Assembly: GCF_964355755.1 (NCBI RefSeq)
Contig: NC_092673.1
Coordinates: 1,488,001-1,552,000, forward strand
Reading direction: 5' to 3'
From: Antedon mediterranea
Taxonomy: Eukaryota; Animalia; Echinodermata
DNA length: 64,000 nucleotides
Part shown: positions 9,101-19,600 of the stretch, piece after piece
Layout of the letters: each line of letters begins with the position of its first letter
How positions within the stretch are numbered: position 1 is the stretch's first letter
The notes under the pieces: model-generated
Database searches by the model: none
Told to the model about the DNA's origin: nothing
The model's input: the letters and a program-made list of their open reading frames with translations, nothing else
Made by a program: the position numbers and the translations under genes

Positions 9101-11820
9101 GTGTTCTATTTGAGGGAATGGTGGCGTTTATTTGAAGGAATACTCTAATATTAATAATTGTATTTCGTTTCTCAACTGATAAAAGGTACTTTACATGATT
9201 CGTTTTCCTCTTTATGCTTTTTAACGAAATGTTTCTGTCTTTTAAAATAAAAGTGATAGATTCCATTAAATGGATCTTCACCTCCAGGTGCCAGTATAAT
9301 GATATAAAACAATGACACATCATTATCCTGACACGATTGCACTCATAATGGATCTTCATTCTATCATCTATTTGTTTGTAACTACAATTTGACAACAATC
9401 TTTTGCATAGTTTTAAATGCCAATACATAGTTTCATTACTATTGTACAATATGTCCAGCTTTCCTGAAAACACCCTTGTGTACTGTAGTACAGTGTTGTA
9501 GTATGATTTTATCATGATAAACTTCTGATGCTTTTATTGTCAATGCATTCAGTACCTAAAACATGTCAAAGTTTTATAGTGGTATTGATAATAAATCTCC
9601 AGAAATATATATTGTTTTATTATCTACACTGGGAACAGACGTGTATATGTATAAGTTTTGTCGTTGACATTCAAAACTATTATGCAACAGTGTTACGTAA
9701 TAATGACAATGACTTGGTCTATTATTGTGGTCTCCGATACCTTTTATTACATGATTGTACTTCCTCCAGGATAGAATGAGGTTTAATCCCGTTATTATTC
9801 TTATTATATAATATATATTTTTTTTATATATATATATATCTGGGGTGTATTTATTTGATTATACATGTTACCATTATTACACCCAACAAAATAAACGCCT
9901 TCCCTGAATAAATAAATGCCCGAGGCTTTTATACGGGTAACTACAGTAAATTACTTCTAGCATTCTCAAAATGTTCGGGGGTAAACAATAATTTCTAGCA
10001 TTATTATAAGCAAAAGTAGGCCTACAATTATTACAAACAGTAAAGGATTTGTTTTAATTCCTACAGTATAATGAAATCATTAGGCATCAATTATTGCATA
10101 ACATTACTGTCTAATGATAAGTTGGGTAGATATGTTTTTCATTTAAAAGATTAGTAATTAATAGTATTTATGATCATCTTTTATCCAAATTTTCTGTTAG
10201 AATGAATGTAAATATGTGTATTTCTAACAATTTGATACTAAATTTAAGTTTCTACGACCTGTACTTACAGAGATAAGAAGATGCCCTGGTATGTATGTCA
10301 AAGGTCAGAAATATCATTTCCGGTCATTTTTTACTAAAATGTTTCATTAGACTGAATATGAATGTATAGCTTCTGAACATTTTGAGACCAAAATTTACTC
10401 GCTGTGACCAGTGGTTGCCGAGATACAAATACCTATTTGTGTTTATTCATATAACCCCTGGCCTTGACCTTTTGACCTTTTGTAACATTGTTCAAAATGT
10501 GTAACAAATAACTAAATGTATATTTCGAACAATTTGAGCCCAAATTCAAGTCTCTACGGCCAATAGTTACGGAGATACAGACATGCCCTGGTTTATGGGT
10601 CAAAGGTCAGAAATGGCATTTCCGGTCATTTTCGACTAAAATGTTTCATTAGACTGAATATGAATGTATACCTTCTGATCAATTTGAGACCAAAATTACC
10701 TCGCTGTGACCAGTGGTTGTCGAGATTTAAGGACATAATGGTGTTTGATCTTATAACCTTTGACCCTGACCTTTTGCCACATTTTCAAAATGTGTAACCA
10801 AGCCAAAAATGATTGTTTGACCACCCTAAACCAATTTCTGAAGTCAAATTCTCTGGACCTCAAAGTGCATACGAAAGTTGATCTAGCTACTAGAGTATAT
10901 AGGAATATTCCAACTCAGGGGACATCCCTGTTCAGGAGACATTCCTATTCAGGAATATTCCAACTCCGGGGACATTCCTGTTCAAGAAACATTTCTATTC
11001 AGGGACATTCCAACTCAGGGGACATGTCTATTTAGGGGATATTACTATAGGAATATTCCAACCCAGGGGCCATCCCTGTTCAAGAAACATTTCTATTCAG
11101 AGGGACATTCCTATTCAGGGGACATTACTATAGGAATATTCCAACTCAGGGGCCATCCCTGTTCAGGAGACATTGGTGGAGTCCAGAAGGTGTCCACGTA
11201 AATAGTGATTCTACTGTAAAGAAAGTAATTGTTAATTTATTGAAATATCAATACTTTCTATAAAGGAATTTCATTTATATAGAGAGACTTCAGATTAATA
11301 AAGACTTAAGGAGCCAAGAGTTGGTTAATGACCATGGTGGTAGGATAACGCAAAGACAAACCTTTCTCTCCGACTAAATTGTGTCGTTCCTTTTCTAAAA
11401 ACAAAGCTGTACTCATCACTGACACCATACGCTATCACAATATCTTTAAACTGGTTCATCACACATTCAGCGCATTTGTTCATTAGTAGAAGTGCGCCCT
11501 CATCATTCGGTTTCTCAAATTTATGGTCATCTGAAAACCTAATAATAATACAGATTTTAAACACTGTGTATAACTTTAAATGTACAGTATATAAATAAAA
11601 AAGCAAATCACTGAAAAAATGATAATGCTGATCATTTTTTCAGTGAGAATGTATTACTCGATTCTCATAACGTTGTATGCTCAAATCAATACTTTACTTA
11701 ATTTACTTCAACTTACTTGTGAAAACCTCTTCCATCAATTCGTACAACGATCCAACAGTTTGGAAGGCATGAATCATCTTTTTCAAATTGACGGACATAT
11801 TCAAATTTACTCTTTGCCAT
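6166..11820 (-). CDS. THG1L: tRNA(His) guanylyltransferase (Thg1-like), 6 coding exons, about 267 aa
   Basis: Exons 11820-11717, 11538-11362, 7648-7479, 7389-7301, 7040-6933 and 6321-6166 are all GT-AG and in frame (804 nt). Protein: [13 protein letters not shown]...[22 protein letters not shown]...[11 protein letters not shown]...[13 protein letters not shown]...[20 protein letters not shown]...[14 protein letters not shown]...DLIGDAFW. Confidence 0.96.
6803..6893. repeat. 15-bp minisatellite (CCCCCTGTCCTGATT) x6 in the last THG1L intron
   Basis: Six direct copies are visible. Confidence 0.9.
7670..11217. repeat. About 17/34-bp minisatellite (TATTCAGGGGACATTCC-like), probably the body of a Tc1/pogo-like MITE, split by a 3-kb insertion
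   Basis: Arrays at 7670-7929 and 10898-11170. The right end ...AATAGTGATTCTACTGTA resembles a TACAGTAGAA-type terminus, and a related element lies at about 22368-22574. Confidence 0.65.
7930..10897. mobile_element. Foldback-type non-autonomous DNA transposon with about 1-kb inverted arms and a 3-bp TSD (TAT), CACTA/EnSpm-like
   Basis: Starts TACTCTAGTAGCTAGATCAACTTTCGTATGCAC and ends GTGCATACGAAAGTTGATCTAGCTACTAGAGTA. Arms at 7930-8985 and 9836-10897 are reverse complements with gaps. Removing the element plus one TAT restores the minisatellite unit. Confidence 0.8.
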
Positions 11821-11934
11821 GTTTTACTCCCTGGTCTGAACACTTGAAACACTGTAGTATATAATAATAATAAGATTTATATTTAGATACATTTGTTTGA
11901 TAAATTAATAACATATTTGAAAACATAATTTATT

Positions 11935-13021
11935 CAGGCCCGTAGCCAGGGGGGGTTTTTATGGTTCGGGCGAACCCCCCCTTTACAGCGAACCCCCCTT
12001 AACCGACTGCGAACCCCCATCCCCGACATGCCCAATACCTCACCCTCATCTCCAAAAATCGTCCAAATACGTGCTCCACAGTACAAAAAGTTGTTTGTAA
12101 ATTAAAAAATTCGTAAACTCGTTCGGAATAACTCATACAGTACCATCTATGAGCGTACTATGAGCGTACTTCGAGCGATATAGTCTGTAAATTTCTAAGA
12201 GTTGCAAATGAATTGCCGATTTTAACCTGAAAAATAAATGTTTGGTCCCTGCATGTAACATGATATTGACGCGTCTCACAGCGAGCTGGGGGCCGAACGA
12301 TTCTTACAAAGGACACCGCCAGACAACTGCGTACCAATTGTTTAGATCACTGGCAGTCAGGCAGCATGCATAAAGTATATAGCCTTCCGACATACATCAG
12401 TATTTATGTGTGGCTATGAAGTATAATGTATCATAGAGGATTATAGTGAATATTAATATTTTACACTATAATATCTATGGTATCATGTACTGTAGTTCAC
12501 ATTATGGCATCCGATTATTTTTTTCTAGACAACCAGCCGATACGTACTCAAATGTATCAATATCACCTATTTACATTGGCATATTTAATTTCCTCAACAA
12601 ATTGCTGTAAATAAATATTATAGATAGAGCTATAATAAGAATTGCATTTGCCTTCACCCAGTGTGCTTTTTTCGGGGCTTCTCCTAGACGTACGTTCGCA
12701 TTGAACTTGAACGCAAAACAAAATATCGAGTAAATGATCAAACAATCGGCGGTTCCGCACAGAGCACGCGCATCTAACAAACGGCAACAAATGTTATCGT
12801 TTAAATAGTCCACGAGTCCAAGAAGTACGATCGTTTTGCTCATATGGTAGCATGCTGCATGAGAGTGTCTTTTCCGGCCATCTAGGGGTGTCATTTAACA
12901 AAATTTGCTTTGCCTCAGGCCCCACCCCAGTGGGGGGGGGGGGGGGGTAGGTATGGGGGTGGGGGTGACCCAAATACTTAGTGTGCGAACCCTCCCTTGA
13001 CAGATCCTGGCTACGGCCCTG
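11935..13021 (+). mobile_element. About 1.09-kb non-autonomous hAT-like element, copy 1 (5-bp TSD TTATT)
   Basis: TIR CAGGCCCGTAGCCAGG...CCTGGCTACGGCCCTG, flanked by TTATT on both sides. Highly similar to 35461-36537. Confidence 0.85.
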
Positions 13022-13439
13022 TTATTAATACTTAATAGACGGGTATGTATAATGAAATGATGGGATGAAGTGCAACCATACAACAGGCACTATTCATTTT
13101 CAGTGAATAAGCTACTAAACCACCAACACACCCGGCCTAGCTAGGTTTATCAGTACTTCTGCTGTAGGAAGGTTGGGTTAGGAAGGTAGGGTGTGTGGAC
13201 AGCCTTGCCAGGTTGCCTTGCTAGTATTCAGTAAAGTTAGGCTAGTAGTAGAAGAGTCTAGAGAACTAGATATAAAGGACTAGCCTGGCCCTAGGCATAG
13301 ATAATAACTACAAATTGTAGAAGCAACAAGTATTGGTTATAATATAAACATAGAAATACACACAAACGGTACAAAATAATTAAATCTGTATAAGAAGAGT
13401 TGATTTTAACCTTTTAAACCTTATTTACAGTAAAGCAGA

Positions 13440-13643
13440 GCAGTACATGTGTATGTTTTGTATACACAAATGATAACGCCCTCTATTGCTCACCCAGTTG
13501 ACCAATGAGCGTTCATATTTTTGCAGGACATTTTCAAATCGCGAAATCGGCCATGGTGGTGAGTAGCTGTTTTTAAGAAGTGAACTAAAATTTTCAATAA
13601 AAAACGTTACATTTTGGATTAAATTATTTGCGAAAAGTAGTTG
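13440..13643. promoter_or_regulatory. Probable bidirectional promoter for THG1L and PRC1
   Basis: Lies between divergent genes. CCAAT at 13502, reverse CHR (TTCAAA, 13533-13538) abutting an E2F-like TCGCGAAA (13539-13546), with the PRC1 ATG about 100 bp downstream. Confidence 0.55.
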
Positions 13644-16600
13644 ATGATGGCTGAGAATAAACGGTAAGTGAATTATGTACATTTTTATAAGAGATTTTCT
13701 ACTTTAAATATGTTCTAAAGGTCATAAAAATGAGAAAGAGAGTGGCGTGTGAGAGGTGGCCAGAGAGTGTGACTGTGAGGGTTTACATACAGTCACGTCG
13801 TTCTAGGCCTAGCCTAGGCTATATAGGGCTAAATAAGCCTGGCTAGGCCTAACGTACTAGGCCTACTGGCGCTGCAGTAGCCTCAAAGCTGTGTGTTTTA
13901 TGTTCAATTTGAAACAAAATATAGCCTTAACTAACTAGGCCTAGCCTAGCGGCCCTAGAGGGTAACCGATCACTCCGGCCGCGCTTCACTCCGGCCGCAG
14001 TATCAGTTTAGCGCGATGTTATGCACTCCGGCCGCTATTCAATTCGACTTCATGTGCAAAGGGGCCGTTAGTATGGAGCGCCCATAACTACGTTTTCTAT
14101 ACTGTTCAGTGTTATAACAAATTCTTGGTGAATTTAAATGGAACTAGTTGAATATTTATTAGCAACAATTTTACTTGTTTCATTAACAATAACATTCAAA
14201 GAAGTTGGAACTGCTTTTTCTTTCAAACTAAACTTAACTTAATTAAATTCAATAATAAAATAATAATCAAATACCCGTCTAATTAATGCTTGAATAACAA
14301 TATTTAATTTCTTTCTATGTACATTTATTTTTATAGTTTTACATTTATTAACATTAAAAATTAGTTAAAACCCTTATTTTTATAACACTTTATCTTGCCA
14401 GTACCCATACTTACTAATTATAGTTAATAACAATATTTACAATATTAATTTATTTATTTCAAATAATCAAATATCCGTCTAATTAATGTTACCTAGAATT
14501 GTATCAAGAATTAATATATCATTTTTGTACAGTCCAATTTACAATGATTTAATATTTTAATTTATATATGATAAAAATAATATGACATATAGGGTACATT
14601 ACAATTAATATACTAGCCTATTACATTGGATAAAACACATAAATTATTTTGTTCTAGCATTAGACCTAATTTAAAACACTTGCGATGTTGTTGTCATCCT
14701 GAAAGAGAAAAAAATATACTGTATTATTACAAATGTTTATTTTGATTCTCTACAAAAAACGTGTCTCGGTTGTAAAAGACTCATTGGGCGCTCCATAGCT
14801 GCGGCCGGAATAAATCGCGGCCGGATTGAAGCGCGGCCGGAGTGAAGCGCGGCCGGAGTGATCTGTATTCGCCCTAGAGAGCTAGAGTAGTAGTACTAGG
14901 CTAGTAGGTAGGCGGTGTCAGATGATGAAATCGGTCTCGATAAAATCAACATCCGGTATTTTGTATGGAGTGCCGCTAGGTAGATACGCTTTTTATCATA
15001 TTAATTACGTTTGATATCGGTCGCGTTTTATTTTGGTCGCGCTAATTTGTATATGGCGCATTAGATACATTTTTAATGAAAACGCTCATTATGTTTTTAG
15101 TTAATTTTGAATATTAGAATTTCTAATAAAAGGCCTACTAGGCCTAGGCCTATTTGACATTTTTTTAACCCTCGATCATTATTTTTTAAGTACAGTAAAT
15201 ATAAATACAGTAGTTATCTCATTATTTATAAATAATTTGTGTTTTCATTTTATCTTACAGTATATGTTCTTTTAGAAAATCGTTTTTCCGCCGGTAAACA
15301 TACGTGATAAAAAACATTTTTTGCGTTCAATACAAACATCGGGGGGAAAGTCCCGATGAAATAAAACTAGGGTTACTCATTAGTAAGACACCTCTAGTTG
15401 CCCGGAAATAAGACTTCATAGCGCACTAGCAAATAGGAAAATGATCGTAGCCTTCTTGAATGTATTATACAATCAAAGAAGCTAGCAATGAATTGCGCCT
15501 AGAAAATCAATCGCGCCTTTGTCATTTGATGATGTGCGTACGTTACCGATGAAAGAGTAAATCACACCGATCCATAGAGTCGATTATTTCAGTGTGATAT
15601 TGAAAATATGAATTGATATTTATTTTTTAATACACATAACATTTTTACAAGAAAAACAATACAATCAATCAATCATTGTTTTAACTGAAAACTTTATTTA
15701 CAATATACAAGTTACCGCATTTTAGACGATTTTCAGACAACAGCCAATACATAGGAAATTTCAAACTGCGCAAACAAAGTATTTTTTTCAGTATTTAAAA
15801 AATAAAACCATACAAAAAGCTTGATAACCAAAACCTTACTTTTTCACATTTTGAATAAAATTGATAGTACATTTTTCATCTTTAAACAGTGAGAGTATGA
15901 AATTAGAAATTGGATCTTGCTTGGATGCTGCTCTTAGCCAGCTGACTCACATATGGAATGAGATTGGAATATGTGAAGAACAACGACAAGAAAGACAGAC
16001 TGTAGTCATGCATCATCTTCGTAATCTTCTACAAGAGATGGTTGACGAGGAACAAGAAATGAGCAACCGGCTTAAACAAAGCGTTGACAAGTGTCAGTGT
16101 GAACTGAAAACCCTTGTTCAAGAACTTGGAGAGGAGCATGTAAAGGTATGAGTTGCTATAGGTTATTCCATCCAATTGTTCCACAGCAATTGAATACATT
16201 CTCTCAATATTGGACTCGCAGAAAACTATTTTCTTGAGGTCCAAAAGGTTCTATTTTATACCATTAGTACACACTCAGAATAACACTCTAATGATGTCCA
16301 TATTAGGAGAATTGACTGATTTTTTCTCATTTTCAGTATCTGATTTACCATTTGTACGCGGTTTGTAGAATTAAACATCTTCATGTTTTATTCAAAGATA
16401 CTGTACATCTATAATTAGTTAATTCAATTTAAAATTAAAATTGTAACAAATATGTGTCAACTGCCTGTATTAAGTTTGATGAATTCTAACCATTTTAAAT
16501 ATCTGCAGCCGGATGAAGGGTTGACCATTCTTCAGCTTGAGAAGCTTTTGAGATCCCAGGTGGATTCTCTGTCGAAGGTTAAGCAGCAACGACTGGATTA

Positions 16601-19600
16601 TCTTAAGAGTTTAAAGGAGACGGAGCAGGCTCTATGCGACGCCCTCTGTGTTACACCACACTACATACCAACAGGAATTGTACCAACACAAAAAGACTTG
16701 GATAAACTTAAAGAACACATTGAATCATTAACTTCAGAAAAGGTTAGAATTGATGGTTTTATTAATTTTTTTAAATGTTACGTATTTAGGCACATGTGGC
16801 CAAGTTGCCGATTATTTGATTGATTGATATATTTGAATAACAGTTCAAAAATACACATTTTAACAGGTGAAAGTAATACTGTAGACATACATGAGGACAA
16901 ACAGATTAAAAATTCATCTCAACAAGCATTTTACAAGCATTATACACAACGTTTAGTCTTCATTAATACCATTTGGATAATAAATTTTATTTTAAGTTTT
17001 TATAAAATCTTATCTTTTGCAGGCCAATCGACAGAGTATATTTTCGTCAACGAAAAAAGAGATTGTAAGTTTATTTGAGAATTTGGAACAAGGTCCGAAT
17101 ACGTCGTTTGAAAGAGAGGTACTTTGTGAAGAAGAGGACACGTTTCAGCTTTCATTGGCCAACTTAGAAGCCCTCAAGCAGTTAAGAAATGATGTAAGTC
17201 AGATTTTATTAAAGTATTGTATTTTGAACATACAACAGTATTCCAACTGCATCAGGTTATAATTTAAGAAACAGAGAAAGAAATCACATTGTATTGTTTT
17301 CTAAAATGTTGTTAATGGTGGTCACTGCACGAATCTTCTTCTTTGGAATACTGCTTAACGATCCTTAATGATCAAAACAAGCAGGGTTTGTGCGCATGCG
17401 AGGTCTTTGATATTTAGATTGACTTGAATAAATCATAATGATAATATTCCAACTTTCGGAATAAGATTTTACTGCAAATGATATTTAACAGTATATCTAA
17501 CTTTATATCGTAGCTTGAAATTACCGAAAAAGAAAATGAAATATTAGCGCATGAACTTTATGACAAGATCAAGTCACTATGGAAACGACTTAGGGTTGAT
17601 GAAGCGGAAAAAGAAGACTTTCAAATGACACACCAAGGTCATCGACCAAAAACTATACAAATTGTAAGTTACATTTTTCTAAATGTAGTATTTTAAAGAC
17701 GCATTGTCCCCCTGAAAATTTTGTTCAATGTTTTTGTTGAATATGCCATTTTGATGTCACATAATAGTTATTGACTTTGACCAAAATTTGATGTAACAAA
17801 AAATGATTTACCTGAATAAACTTCAAAGCAAAAAATAAAAAGAAAAAATATTCAATTTGACTGGAAGGGTTTTTTCTTTTTACAATTAACTTTTAAACTG
17901 TGAAATGTCCTATTCAAAGTCTTTTTTTTATTAATCTTTTTTCATATTTTTGGGAGGCAATACATCTTTTAAAGCTTTCAGATAAAACAAAATGCTTTTC
18001 AATTTTGCACAGTTGAAAGAAGAATTACAAAGACTGAATGAACTGAAGAAACAGAATCTGAAGAAAGTGATAGAAGAAATGAGAGAAGAGTTGACATCAT
18101 GGTGGAACAAATGCTTCTTTAGCCTAGAGCAACGACAAACATTTACTGCTGCATCTGACGGTACTATAATAAAAACAATTATTCACATTAAATAAATCCG
18201 GTTTAATTGTTATTGGTATGTGCTATAAGTATTTTAAAATAGTAAATGTTAATGTGTTGGACTTGAAATTAGAGAACAGGTGTCAATCGCATGTGATTGG
18301 TCCTCACAACTCTAAAGCTCTGTTTAAACTAGTTTTGAAAAAAAAGTGTGATGTGCCCAAATATGGTAGTGATATGCCCAAATATAATAGTGATATGACA
18401 TCATCATAAGGATTATGGAATTTCTTACAATAGCTTACCGTAAAAAGCATCTCCCTGTATCCTCTATTCAATGGTGAGTATGATTGTGAGTAAATCTGGC
18501 CTAAATCTTGTACGCAATAAAAAAAATTGGTACAGGAATTGAATTTATAATCAAAATCATGATAATATTCAGGAATTATCATCTGCTTTCTCTTCTCTTA
18601 CAGATGAATTCACAGAGGAACTGCTTGAATTACATGACCTAGAAGTAGCGAAAATGAAAGCCTATTACGAAGAAAATGAAGAAATTTTAGAATGTATCAA
18701 GAAGAGAGAGGACATGTGGAAAAAGATGTTGGAGTTTGAGGTAGTCCATTTAGCAAGAGCTCAGTCTGCACACATTGGTTTACCTCCAATTTCAATGTTT
18801 TCACCCATGTAACATTTATAGTACCATGCTTTGATGATAATGATTTATCTATCTATCTATCTATCATTCTTCTATGTAATAATAATGGTGGTCTACAGCT
18901 TGGTTGCCACCTGGACGCAACACAAGGTCCTAGACACAACGCAGAGTTGACCAATAACATGGGACAGTTTGAATAATCCATCATTTGTGATTGGTCAAAT
19001 CCCTTACGTTGCGTTACACCTAGTGGGAACCAAGCATTATATTGCTCCAAATACATTGTTGTGCTTTACACACGAAAATGATGTATTAAATATCCTAAGA
19101 TAACCACAAAAAAAAGGGACAAGTAGAGGAACCATTGTCTACAATATACATTAACTATGGCTGGCTTCATCTATAATATCATTCTCACAACAGCAAAACA
19201 TCAGAGTGTACACAAACTGGGGCGCACCATACAAAACACAGGTGTTGACACCCCAGTGTGTGTCAACTCTGTTTTGCACTACTACTGCTGCTACTACTTA
19301 TTAAATGACCTGCTTTAGAACAATAGGTTTGTTAGATAGAATCAATCTTCTATTCAATTCAATATTAATTAGTTGTATATATCATTACTAATCAACTGTG
19401 TCATACTTTGCTTTAACCATTCATTATAATCATAGCATGGTACTTATGGTAACAGTCTCCCTACAGTACACAGGATTTTACCCCTGTTTACTATAGGGCG
19501 TATCATTACCGAATGTTAACAAAATAGTACATGCAAGAATAGCATTAGCCATCATCTAATCCATTTAATAACCCTTTCTTTTATTGCATCATGGTCGTTA

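Noticed and set aside
12563-13083. ORFs inside the 1.1-kb hAT-like element (also 35387-36299)
   Set aside because: Frames are not preserved between the two copies and there are no transposase motifs.
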